From the NCBI RefSeq assembly GCF_964355755.1, contig NC_092671.1, forward strand, positions 39,690,304 to 39,754,303: a stretch of 64,000 bases of DNA, written 5' to 3'. The notes under the pieces are model-generated. The model saw nothing but the letters and a program-made list of their open reading frames with translations. It was not told where the DNA came from and ran no database searches. The stretch's first letter is position 1; every line of letters starts with the position of its first letter. A program made the translations under genes and the position numbers. This document shows, piece after piece, positions 50,601 through 61,885 of the stretch. The DNA is from Antedon mediterranea. Lineage: Eukaryota > Animalia > Echinodermata.

Positions 50601-53600
50601 CAAAAACTGGGATACAGTAAAAAATTCATCCGAAAACACAAACAACCTTATAAGAAAAGCTGGAAAAAGAAAGTAAAGAACACTACAAAAGACAAACACA
50701 CATTATTTATCAAGACTAAATACGACAGAACAACAGACACATCTGACATCATACAAGGCATAATCAACAACCATAAACATATGATCGACACACATTACAA
50801 CATTAAATTCATCAACTATAATGACAAGAAATTAAAACAAATTTGCTGCACAAGTACAAAATTACATAGCAAATTATCCAACGTCATTTAAGTATATATG
50901 TATATATAATTTTGATAATTTTTTATTTTTCAAATATAACTTACTGATATTTTACTCTATTATTTATAATTAATGTAATATGATACACTTTCGTAAATAA
51001 ACTTATTTTATTCTAAACAATTGTATTGTTCATATTTGTATCAAACTTTAAAAGATAATTTTTCTGAAAATATGTCCTAATTAATATACATATTCCCCCC
51101 GCCCCCACGCCAGACTAACAATAACTAAATACAACTAATGTATCTCTTCATAAATATAACCAAACCAAACCCTCTAAATAATATAAACGAAAACTATTAT
51201 TAAACCTAATTCAAAAAAATAATCGGAAATAAAAGTAATAATTAAATAGGCCTAGCTTAAAACGCGTTTTTGAAAAAAACCGCGTTTTCAAGGTAACCGC
51301 GTCTTCAGATACTACATTCTAATACACGCGCACACCAAACTTTCGAACTTGCAACTTTCAAACATAACATTTATCACAGTCACGTAGACAAGTAAAGACG
51401 GTAAATATCAAGCAACTTTTAAATAAGGTGAGATCTATATAGACGTTACATTATATTAATTATAAAACATTATTATTTATTTAGCATATAGAATAAAACG
51501 AATTTATCAAATTAATTATTACATATATGACATATTAAATTTAACGAATTTATAAAATTATTATATATAATATTCTCAACATAGACCTATATAAACAAAT
51601 TTTTTCCATAAACGCAGAAACATATCAATACTGAAACCAATACTGAAACGAATACCATTTTAATCCTCAAGCAAAATTTATTTTTAAGAAGGTAAGACTT
51701 TTAATATAGACCGAGACTTTTTACATATTATAATATTTAATAACAAAATATTTTTACTTAATAGTTATCAATATTAATTATCTACACTCTACCATTTTCA
51801 TAATAAGATATTGTGGAACCACGTCAGGTCAAGTTCAATATTGAATATCGAAACGTGGCAGGCTGAAGGCGCTTGACCTTTGACAAGATCGCCTAAATTT
51901 TTAATATATTAACTTTACAATACTTAGTGTTGTATATTCTGGTACAGCCGCTCCATAATCTCTTTGCTTTTCTTCCTTATATCTATATTTTTAATTTATA
52001 CTAACAAATATCCTTTTTTTTTTTTTTTTTTTTTTTTAATAATATATCAAACATTTATTAAATAATATTTATTGCATAATATGCAATCTACGATAATTGA
52101 ATTAATTGATATAACAAATTTATTAAATACATAACATCATTTGAATAAAAAGAACAAATCACACATCTACACGTACGTAATCAAACATCGTATACTCTAT
52201 CTCTAACAATTTTTTCAAACTTCTGTCGACTAAAGCCGAAGTATAGTCGTTATCGCGGAACCGTTCTATGGTTACCACCAGGTAGGCTTACTTCATCAAA
52301 GCTTCTATGAATGGATGTACTGGTTGGGAACAGAAAAACTAGTAGACCATACCCAGTACCGTTTTGATTTAGATCAATCGGGAAATTAACCTCACGAATA
52401 TTATTAAATACATAACATCATTTGAATAAAAAGAACAAATCACACATCTACACGTACGTAATCAAACATCGTATACTCTATCTCTAACAATTTTTTCAAA
52501 CGTCTGTCGACTAAAGCCGAAGTATAGTCGTTATCTCGGAACCGTTCTATGGTTACCACCAGGTAGGCTTACTTCATCAAAGCTTCTATGAATGGATGTA
52601 CTGGTTGGGAGCAGAAAAACTAGTAGACCATACCCAGTACCGTTTTGATTTCGATCAATCGGGAAATTAACCTCACGAATTAGCAAAATATAAGGGTACT
52701 TTGGTGAAATATATGTTCTTTTTTCTTACTCCATTAGTAAATGCAAAACCATTTATAAATGATATGCTATCCAGGTAAAGCATAAACACGCTGTAGAATC
52801 TAAACTCTCCTTTTGTTAAACATGACTAAATGTTACAATGACGCAAACGGCTACAAGATTGATGGTGTCATTATTTATTAGCTTGTTCTCTATGCTACAT
52901 CTTACATTTAAAGGTACTGTAGTATAGGTACTGTAGTATAGGTACTGACATTAATAATAGAGACTGTATGTAAATGTTAAACAACAACAATACTTTTTCT
53001 GATATTGTTTTTTATACTTGTTTTTATGGCATAGCTCTTTGGGCTACAATAGTCATATTTGTTTTTATTTATTTATATGTTGAATAAAATATACCGAAAT
53101 ATATATTGTTTTACGACGATGAAACATAAATATATTTTATTTATTTTTAATTTTTTTTAATGTTTTTTACTTTTTTAAAACTGGTTTTAACTTTACATTG
53201 AAGTTCATTTATTAATTGCAATTATTAATTTATTTTTTTAATCAAAATCAAAATTGTTTAATTTAGTGAATTCACATCTAAAACTTATTGAAGAAAGTCT
53301 TCTTGTCTATAATTACCATTTAAACAAAATACCTATGTAAATTATGGTATTCGAATGAAAGGTCATACGTTCTGGTATACAAATATAAAGTGTAAGGTAT
53401 ATGTTGAATTTGTGCTGTATTGTTTAGGAACACTTTATAAAGTATGGTAGTTAATATGTTAAAATAAAACAACTCACTTCTGAATTAAAAACGCCGCAGA
53501 ATTGCGCCACTGTGGCATCTGAAGAGCAAGATCTGCAAGGGCAAGACACAGCTGGGTCATTATCACCTGGAAGTTGGGGTCACTAAGAACTTCTATGTGA

Positions 53601-56305
53601 TTAATGATTGAATTCCGTAAGGATTCATGCGATTCAACCGGAAGCTCGTGGAAGGAGTACTGGATCTGAAATTGAAAAAAAAAATAGTTTTTAGGAGAGC
53701 GAAACTAATGATTACAAATGTCAGTGAAATTAAATGATATAGAAACAAACCTAAAGCTCTGTCTACACTATCAAACTAGTTTGACAAAAAAAAGTATACT
53801 GTGCCCAAATATGGTAGTGATATGCACAAATATGGGAGTAATATGACATCATAATGTCTATATATGGGCACATCACATTTTTTGTCACATAAAAGTTCAG
53901 GCTTAGGCTGGTGTAACAAGAAATGCTTAATCTCCATAGAAACATCATAAATGACTCAACTGCTATAGATGGTATTTATCTTTTATCTTTCAACACTGTT
54001 TATTGCATTAATGATTTATCATTATTTATCATTCTTCAACTATCTAGCGTTTATTGATATCCATCATCAGATTTTGGTCTACACTATCAAACTTCATGTG
54101 ACAAAAAAGTTTGATGTGCCCAAATATGGTAATGATATTTCCAAAAATGGGCACATCACATTTTGTTGTCACATGAAGTTTGATAGTGTAGACCAAAATA
54201 TGATGATGGATATCAATAAATGCTAGATAGTTGAAGAATGATTGATAAATAATGATAAATTAAAGTTTGATAGTGTAGACAGAGCTTTATGTATAACAGA
54301 GTTCCCTTATCCCGTGGAGAATCTTAACTTGTTAACTTATAGTTTGCAACACACAGTGTGAAATGTGACATCTTATTTTTAATTAATCGATCACATTGTC
54401 ACCCACATCACCATGGTAAAATTCATTTTCAATATTATAAAATTAAACGACTGCAATGACATGATGATGTATTATACAATATACAAAAAAAGTACCTTAG
54501 TACGCATCGTCTGTGCTGCAATATAACATGATTCGACATCTTGTTTTCGTTGAAGCAATTCGTCCGAGATCTGCCACGCATAGATCTGTCAAAAAATAGA
54601 TGTGTTAATAGTATGTACGGTAGTGTGAAGAATTTTCCTTCTACTGTATAATGTGTTAACATGCTGACTAATTCGTTAGAAATCTAGAACAGAATCTGAT
54701 GTATTTTAATGTCAGATTCACTGGCTGTTGAAAACTGTTAGTTACAGCTTTAGTACTCTACAATACACATTATACAGGCAACTGGTTGTAAATGTGCTGT
54801 GTGAAGATAGGCGTGGCACCACATTTCAAGGTGGGCGGGGCACCACATTACAAGGTGGGTGGGGCATACCACATTTTAAGATGGATGGGAGACAGCACAT
54901 TTCAAGTTGGGTTGGGACACCACATTTCAAGGCCTTCACACCCAGCATTAATTTATTTCCACTGAGTACTTATTTCAACACAGCACCGCTCAAGAAACCT
55001 CTAAATGCCTGAAACCTGACTGTTTGACAAATTTTTCTAGATACAGGGTTCTCACTATGGTGGTCGGCACCATCATTATTTGTGCTGAATATTATTATTC
55101 TTAAAACGATACAATACTGTATATACTTAGATATATATTTTTTGTTAGTAAATTCAGTTTTTATGATTAAAACATTAGAGAATTGCCAGGACAGTCACCT
55201 CCCTCAAGAGAGAGGGGAGGAAGCTATGAGGCATACCACCAATACTCATCTACAGTATAAAAACCCACTTACAAACATATCGTCACAAATTTATACATTT
55301 AAATTGTAACTTTGTTAGGGCAGTCACCTCCCTCAAGAGAGTGAGGGGAGGAAGCTATGAGGCATACCACCAATCAATACTCATCTACAGTATAAAAACC
55401 CACTTACAAACCTATCGTCACAAATTGATACATTTAAATAATAAATTGTAACTTTGTTAGGGCAGTCACCTCCCTAAAGAGAGGGGAGGAAGCTATGAGG
55501 CATACCAGCACTTCCTATTCAACACATTTTTGATGTCAAAATTGTGCATTCATGGGCCATGCTTGCCAAATGCAATGGAAACTGGAAAAAATGAAAGCTA
55601 AAAAGAAAGTAACCAAACAATTATAAGTTACAGTTAAATGGACTTTAAATATTTAAAATTACTGTAAATTTGTTTATATTTCTTTATCATAAAATATTAT
55701 AGAACTTTGATTTTTTTTTTTTTTTTATAGTAGTTCTATATATTAAACCCTTGAAAAAAAATTAGCTTGTTAGTATTAATTAATAGAATCTCTTCTAATA
55801 AAGGCAAAATTAAACTAAAAATATAGGCTAGCCTAGCCTCTAGGCCTGTATAGTATAGATAGGCCTAGCCTAGGCCTAGCCTAGAAGGGCCTAGGCTAGC
55901 CTAGCTAGAGGTTATTAGAAAATATTTTTGCCTAACTAAATCAAAAATTGTATTCATAATAATATATTTTTTCCGTATTTTGTTATATTATTACATAAAA
56001 ATAGGACAGGATATACCTAGTAAGTTAGCCCCTTATTCTAAAACGTCGGATGTCTGCTAGGCCTAGGTCAACATAACGAGAAGCCGAACAAGCGAGTCCG
56101 TTCATCTTGCAGTGCCTCGTCGAGGCCTGTTCTGATGCTGAACCCAGCCGGCCTAGCCTACATGAACTGTGTGAGAAATGGAACTTACCGACTGTTGAAA
56201 CTCTCCAAGCCATGTCGATGCCCTTTCTTTTTCTGCAACATCTGGGTTGTGGTAAAGAGTTTGAACTGCCTGTATGACAGTGTCAACAGGAGGAGCTGAC
56301 TGCAT
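35672..56305 (-). CDS. TNPO3: Transportin-3 (importin-beta family SR-protein import receptor), complete, 22 exons, 927 aa
   Basis: Exons: 56189-56305 ([22 protein letters not shown]...), 54496-54585 ([30 protein letters not shown]), 53478-53665, 49564-49720 ([24 protein letters not shown]), 46750-46893, 45180-45254, 43795-43895, 43445-43520, 42781-42990, 42128-42235, 41612-41709, 40652-40791, 40175-40366, 39487-39578, 39069-39151, 38618-38819 ([16 protein letters not shown]), 38218-38334, 37622-37716 ([11 protein letters not shown]), 37318-37474, 36908-37075, 36163-36275, 35672-35732 ([10 protein letters not shown]). Total 2784 nt, phases consistent, collinear with vertebrate TNPO3. Confidence 0.97.
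35867..35973 (+). mobile_element. MITE family A, truncated
   Basis: Left TIR plus subrepeat; no right TIR. Confidence 0.75.
36328..36487 (+). mobile_element. MITE family A
   Basis: Full TIRs, TAA/TAA TSD. Confidence 0.85.
37760..38152 (-). mobile_element. Probable tRNA-derived SINE
   Basis: Minus-strand head GTCGCCAAGCGGTTA (A-box-like) ... GATTCAAGTC (B-box-like), then a GC-rich body. Confidence 0.4.
39742..40043. repeat. 100-bp tandem triplication including the left end of a MITE
   Basis: Units start at 39742, 39842 and 39942. Confidence 0.95.
40004..40157. mobile_element. Harbinger-type MITE (family C)
   Basis: AGCTTAGTTCCCACTAG / CTAGTGGGAATCAAGCT TIRs, flanks TAA/TTA; 17 nt from the TNPO3 exon at 40175. 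Confidence 0.7.
40869..41010 (-). mobile_element. MITE family A
   Basis: Decayed TIRs, subrepeats. Confidence 0.75.
41052..41458 (-). mobile_element. MITE family A interrupted by a ~230-bp insertion (41185-41414)
   Basis: MITE sequence stops at GGGCACATC and resumes at ACATTTG...GATAGTGTAGA; insert ends in (AAAT)n like a LINE 3' tail. Confidence 0.7.
43219..43360 (+). mobile_element. MITE family A
   Basis: TAA/TAA TSD, full TIRs. Confidence 0.85.
43952..44062 (+). mobile_element. MITE family A
   Basis: TAA/TAA TSD, right TIR partly deleted. Confidence 0.75.
46213..46375 (+). mobile_element. MITE family A
   Basis: TIRs and three subrepeats. Confidence 0.8.
47106..48729 (+). mobile_element. 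Helentron-associated interspersed element (HINE/DINE-1-like), ~1.6 kb
   Basis: 5' T-run + GGTTATCCGCC-tcaa-GCGGATAACC; low-complexity TAT/TCT tract; ~305-bp internal tandem duplication (47190-47795); 3' subterminal IR GGCGGATAACC (48683-48693), hairpin AAACTCGTC/GACGAGTTT (48694-48718), then CTAGTT. Confidence 0.75.
49402..49559 (-). mobile_element. MITE family A inserted inside a 5' splice site
   Basis: Terminus at intron position +5 of the TNPO3 exon-4 donor. Confidence 0.85.
50172..50309 (-). mobile_element. MITE family A, degenerate left end
   Basis: Subrepeats and right TIR GACAGAGCT. Confidence 0.7.
50331..52010 (+). mobile_element. 5'-truncated Penelope-like retroelement (RT thumb region plus putative 3' UTR)
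   Basis: ORF 50367-50891: FT..IYLD.....YQKPY...[27 protein letters not shown]...LRLQKLGYS matches the PLE RT C-terminal consensus (FLD..YRKPT..YLH..S.HP..K..II...R..R.CS..GYP). The 3' boundary is approximate. Confidence 0.75.
52014..52680 (-). mobile_element. Polyadenylated retroposed fragment with a 281-bp tandem duplication
   Basis: 24-nt poly(T) at 52014-52037 (poly(A) on minus), AATAAA 16 nt upstream (52054-52059); near-identical units start at 52121 and 52402. Confidence 0.6.
53755..54286 (-). mobile_element. Compound MITE family A: split copy enclosing a second, palindromic copy
   Basis: Left part 53755-53897, right TIR 54262-54286; inner copy 54077-54193 at the centre of an inverted repeat spanning 54014-54260. 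Confidence 0.75.
54812..54932. repeat. ~24-bp degenerate tandem repeat, 5 copies
   Basis: GGCACCACATTTCAAGGTGGGCGG-like units. Confidence 0.8.
55192..55508. repeat. ~130-140-bp tandem repeat, 2.4 copies
   Basis: CAGTCACCTCCCTCAAGAGAG..AGGGGAGGAAGCTATGAGGCATACCA at 55192, 55321 and 55463. Confidence 0.9.
55824..55910. repeat. Low-complexity (TAGGC/GCCTA)n palindromic tract
   Basis: Same motif cluster at 13968-14058 and 34204-34247. Confidence 0.7.
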
Positions 56306-56480
56306 GTTGTAGAAATGTCAAAATAACAGTTTATTTCCTATCCTTTTACTTTCTCGTTTTCGCCCAAACTCACAACATGGAGCTGTGTCAGAGGTCAACA
56401 ACGTGAACATTATTATATCCGGTGTGTGGCGTCATCATAATTGTAGCCTGGTTCCCGGCGCGGCGCCGTGCATTCTCATA
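56306..56480 (-). promoter_or_regulatory. Putative TNPO3 promoter/5' UTR
   Basis: CpG-rich patch (CCCGGCGCGGCGCCG 56453-56468) and a YY1-like CAACATGG just upstream of the ATG. Confidence 0.4.
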
Positions 56481-56973
56481 TTATCATTCACGCAAATTAT
56501 GTATTTCAACATTTATATTTTTTCTCCAGTAAAAAAAAATATTGCATTTATTTCCTCTCATATAAGCTTCTATATGTAATAAATGAATATATTAACAAAT
56601 GGGATTAAATTACACTCTGAACATGGACCTAAAATTTACTACAGGTCCATGATGGTCTAAATACGCCTACACAAAAGGCGACAAAATGAATTTGTTTACT
56701 ACATGGAACAAGAAAATCGATTGCTGAAAATACAGCAAGGCAATTAAACAAGAATATATACATTTGGAGCCTTAGAAAAGATAATAAAATTCATATAAAT
56801 AATGGATGTAAGAGATCTAATATAAAATAAATCATGATGTGATTTATTAGGCATATTCATTTTAGATTTTAGATTTTAAAAATAGGCCTATTTTTTAAAG
56901 CAATTTTAAAAGTGTTAAACTCTTTTAAACTCTGCTCCCTTCCTTCGTGCATGAAGTTAATTCATCGTTATTA

Positions 56974-57090
56974 AGCCTTGTCTACGCCTACACTAACAAA
57001 CTTTATGTGACAAAAAATGCGATGTGCCCATATATGGACATGATGATGTCATATCACTACTATATTTGGGAATATCACTACCGTATTTTG
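56974..57090 (+). mobile_element. MITE family A, truncated
   Basis: Left TIR and two subrepeats, ~670 bp upstream of the TNPO3 ATG. Confidence 0.75.
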
Positions 57091-58336
57091 ATATGAATGT
57101 CTAAAGCCAAATAAATTATTTTACAGTGGACAGGTTGCATTTAGTGTCAGTTGCTGCAATCATAAATATTGATTCATTTTGTTTGATATTTGACAATTGT
57201 TGATATTTCAATTGGGTTTTCTCAGAAGCACAAAGAGCGCACATTCAGGCCCAACCGTATTTGCTATTGATCCACCGGCGGGGAGATGACGACGTCAAGA
57301 CTTTCATGTAGTGTGTATGACGTTTTACGCGTAATACGTGATGCATGGTAAACAAAGTGGACTCACTGTACATTATAGATAATTGCTGAATTATAATTTG
57401 AAATAATAATTTCCTTTTTGCTTATTATTTCTCTTAAAATTTGATAAAATATATCAATCGCTAAAGCTGCCGCACCCCCAAAATGCACTTCGCGCATGCA
57501 CCGCAAGCCCAGTTGGCCACCAATCATTGATGTGTCGTCATGATTAATCTAATTATGTTCGCGTTAAAACGCAAGCTTAAATTTTCATCTTATAATTAAC
57601 GAGATTTTTGCTAAATGGTTGGTAGTTGTAATTATTTTATCGGCCCCTGTTTTATGACATATAATTATAGGCCTACTGCACATCAATAGGAGGGACTAAT
57701 CATCTCACAGGCATTATTGCGTACATACACCCTCTATGTACGGCCGTATCTGCTGATATCGATGTTGTTTTGTGACTGTGTGCGTGAACAATAAGTGTAA
57801 CTCAGTTGCCATCGCAGCTAAGCACACGTCGCAATACTTTTAGGAAATACGCTTCTTTGCAATGTAAGGTAGGTTCTATTCAATATTACGTGACAGAAAA
57901 ATTATAATAATATTGTAAATATATTTGGATGATGTTTGGTGGGGGTTTTCATATTGATATTTTATGGTTAGTAGGCCTAGTTATTTTATCAACGATGATA
58001 ATTGCAAAGCATAATTATGATATTTACACCACCGACTGCCACTTCATTAAGAGTTTATGTATGGTATGAACTTTGGAATTTCACATTATACCTATCCGTC
58101 TTAGCATAACGTACCGTATACATTTCAATCAAACTGTTCTTAAAGGTGAAATTAAATGTAATGAAGACGTACATGTATCGTTTTGTTTATCGGCTTAAAG
58201 CCAAGTACACTAAAGTAATTGAGGTGTAATTTATCATGTATTTGAGGAAAACAAGTTCATCAAATCCTGTTATCAAGAAATCTAGATTTTAAGACAGCGT
58301 TTCAGTTAATGAGTTGTTGTATTGTAGAATGTGTAA

Positions 58337-58673
58337 AGCTCTGTCCACACTATCAAACTAGTTTGACAAAAAAAAAATGTGATGTGCCCAAATATGGTAG
58401 TGATGTGCCCAAATATGGTGGTGATGTGCCCAAATATGGTGGTGATTCTTAAATCTATGGTTGTGATGTTTATTCATTCAATGTTTTATTTCGGAATCTC
58501 TGGTAGAAAGTAAATTAATTAATTAAAAATAAACAAGACTGTACCAATTACTACTACTCATCTCAGGATGGCATTCCACATGGAGAGCATCTTTGACTTA
58601 TATGACATCATCGTGTCCATACATGGGCACATCACATTGTTTTTGTCACATGCAAGTTTTATAGCGTAGAGCT
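58337..58673 (-). mobile_element. MITE family A with an expanded subrepeat array and a ~130-bp insertion
   Basis: Four GTGATGTGCCCAAATATGGT-type units, insert ~58470-58598, then the MITE resumes. Confidence 0.75.
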
Positions 58674-59293
58674 TTAGAGAGCTTTTATTTATTCCGATGA
58701 GTTAATATCCATCGGGTATGTATCAATGTGTCATTGACAACAGGTTAATTGAGATGAATCAACCAGATACAATTTAACGACATCAATATTTACTTCTGAT
58801 CTTTAAATGTAATGCGAAAACGATTATGAACCTCTAATAATAATAATAATGATACATTTGGATAAGCGCATAATGCGTCTGCGCTTCACAGTAAAAGACA
58901 GTTTTCAATCAAATAAACGGAAAAGAGATAAGAAAGGATAAATTGAACTTCTCCTTTTCAACAAAACACATAGATAGTAATGGTTTCATCTTCACAATCG
59001 TTCAAAAATATTATTTTAATTTTTACAATACAATATTCTTTGTATTAGGTAAATCTTGTTTTATGGATTGTTAACATCCGCCATAAAGATACAGTTCTTG
59101 TTTGCTTTGCTTACAGCCATGTTTTTATAGTGAAATTTATTATTTAATGATAGGATTTATATCAAATTTGTATACGGGCAAGGTGTTAGTCAAAATAAAA
59201 CAAATATTTATAGTAAGGTAAAGTTTGAAACAACTCTCTATAATAGAACTTGTATTTCCTTTATTTCACATCAGATTCAGATGCTTTTATTTT

Positions 59294-59464
59294 TCAATGA
59301 AGTGTTGTATCTAACAGGCGTTTTGTCAAATCGGTTAACGCATCGTTGACGCATTGATACAAAACTGCGTTTCCAAAAACTGGATTGGTACGCCAATCGG
59401 AAAATTCGACAGTCGTCATCTTAACACAATTGCATGAGATATTAGACGCAGAAGAGCACTTTAT
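59294..59464 (-). CDS. Possible terminal exon of an unidentified gene
   Basis: Acceptor tatttacAG, then open frame IKCSSASNISCNCVKMTTVEFSDWRTNPVFGNAVLYQCVNDALTDLTKRLLDTTLH*; GC-richer than flanks; no family recognised. Confidence 0.25.
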   Translation of the reverse strand: MKCSSASNISCNCVKMTTVEFSDWRTNPVFGNAVLYQCVNDALTDLTKRLLDTTLH

Positions 59465-60644
59465 CTGTAAATAATATATTGGTATATGCATAATAAATTA
59501 AATATCATACATTATAAATAGATGTATACAAATTATGCACTATAAAGTATATGTGTGCTTAATGGCGCACATATTGTGTACATGCTTATAAAATGCCTCT
59601 TTACTAAATGCCAATTACTACTTTAGAGTGGCATAAATTGTCAACATGAATTGTTTTCACGTGCTCTTATAATTTGGCAACATAATGTTTTATTCAAACA
59701 ATTTTCAGTTCAGTTATTATTGAAATTAAACATGACATACATCAAGTTGTAAAAAAATATAAAACTATTCGTTTTTATCAAAATCATTATTAATTATATC
59801 ATCATTTATATAAACAAATTGGCATTGTCAACAGGTGATTTTCAACAACGAATTATCACCAAAAACGCATTATCATTAATTGTAACTAAATTTAATCCAA
59901 AATATTACCGATAATTAATTATTATATTTTACCTTAAATTCCTTCCATTTTGTATATTATTATACTGTATGTTTTGTAGATAGTTACCTTTTTGTAAATG
60001 TGTTTGGATTATTATTGTTATTATATTGTTAATGTTTCTCTACTGAACCACTTTGTCATTCTGTATAAAGACAGAATACATTAAATAAATTGTCATAAAT
60101 GAACTCCTGTATTCAACACATTGGCCTATTTTCTCTATAGCTAATTTGAATCATCTAATAGCCATGTTTCATGTTTTTACGAATCAGTTTTTCTAGTTAT
60201 ACATATTATTTAACAGTAAGTAGACCACTTCTCTGTAAAGTAGAAACCCAGTCGATAATCTGTTATTCAGTAGGAGAGAATGCACACGTTTTACCATAGC
60301 TCTGATATTAATCATTTGAATTCGGTTAAATTTCAAGAGAACAATACAATATCGAATTGCCTGAATTAAAACAAAATGATGCTCACAGTCTGTGATATCA
60401 AATAACAGATGCGTAAATAAAAGCAGCCTGAAGGAATAATGATAAAGGTAAACATAGCGTGCCATATGGTAGAATGATGTGGTCAGATGATATCATTATT
60501 AGAACGCGCCCAGAATGATTATCTTCATTATCCGCCTATGGTATAATAATTACTAATGATAGCATTATCATTATGCCTATTAATTATTCTTTACCGTAAT
60601 GTATCATCATATTAATAACAAATGGCTAATTTATGTCATTATTA

Positions 60645-60870
60645 ATATAATCACTATCATAATCATAATCATTATTACCATAGTCATAATCATTATTACC
60701 ATAGTCATAATCATTATTACCATAGTCATAATCATTATTACCATAGTCATAATCATTAATCATAATCATTATTACCATAGTCATAATCATTATTACCATA
60801 GTCATAATCATTACTACCATAATCATTATTACCATAAACACAATCTTTATTACCATAATCATAATCATCA
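60645..60870. repeat. 21-bp/trinucleotide-derived minisatellite
   Basis: (CATAATCATTATTACCATAGT)n. Confidence 0.95.
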
Positions 60871-61675
60871 AACATTAATATTAATCGCCATGAAGTATGT
60901 ACAATTATCTATAATAATTAATTATAAAATAGCTTATTTCATTCTTGTATAATTGCGGAGGAGCTGTTTTCATATGTCTATTTACCTCTTTTTTAAAAGT
61001 AAATTTCTGGATTTTTTTTTTCTTAATGGCTAGTTATTGGCATTTGAAGCTAAGGAAAATGACATCGCCGCAGTGTAGCCTCTAATTTATATTCAAAGTT
61101 TATTGAGTTCATATTATTTTGTTGATTCTAACAAAATAAAATGTTATGTCAAAGATCCTATATTAAGTGTAAGATCTTTGATTATTGTTAACATGTTCGT
61201 CTCGTCATGGAGGTATAATGGTCTCAATCAATCTGGATAAACAATGCACGTATATGTATCCACATCTGATCTTAAAACACGTTGTACTTATCCATAAATA
61301 GGCATAAATTTGTAAATTTGTAGTTACATTAGAAGCTCTACCCGTCTTATAATGTTTGTTTTGTTAAAATTATAATTACTATCTTTTTAGGGACCACATT
61401 GGAATTAAGTTGTTTTACTTTAAACGACTTTATGTGTTTTCCCGTGCATCGTCAGACCTCATTAATCCCGCCATTTTTATTTGCTTTTTTGATGTATTTT
61501 AATATTTAAGGTGATTATATATATTATTGACGTATTTTTAATGTTATGTATTGAGATGCCAAATAAATGAAAGAAAGAAAGAATTGAAAGTACTGCGGTA
61601 TGCTGTACGAGAACTGTTTCATATTAATTATAATTAAAGTTAGCACGTGTAAGATTATAATAACAACATGAACAA

Positions 61676-61885
61676 CGCGTTTACAAAATACCAAAGGCGT
61701 TTACAAAATACCAAAGCGTTTACAAAATACCAAAAGCTTTTACAAAATACCAAAGGGTTTACAAAATACCAAAGCGTTTGCAAAATACCAAAGCGTTTAC
61801 AAAATACCAAGCGTTTACAAAACATCAAAAGCGTTTACAAAATACCAAAAGCGTTTGCAAAATACCAAAAGCGTTACAAAATACT
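61676..61885. repeat. 20-21-bp minisatellite, ~10 copies
   Basis: (GCGTTTACAAAATACCAAA[A])n. Confidence 0.95.

Noticed and set aside
52255-52305. SECIS element in the 281-bp repeat (minus-strand ATGA…AA…GA)
   Set aside because: Helix II pairing is poor and no UGA-containing ORF is linked to it.
458-56305. U12-type or non-canonical introns, frameshifts or recoding in the two genes
   Set aside because: All introns read GT-AG without a clear U12 donor (GTATCCTT; the closest is GTATCCAT at 20574), and both frames are intact.
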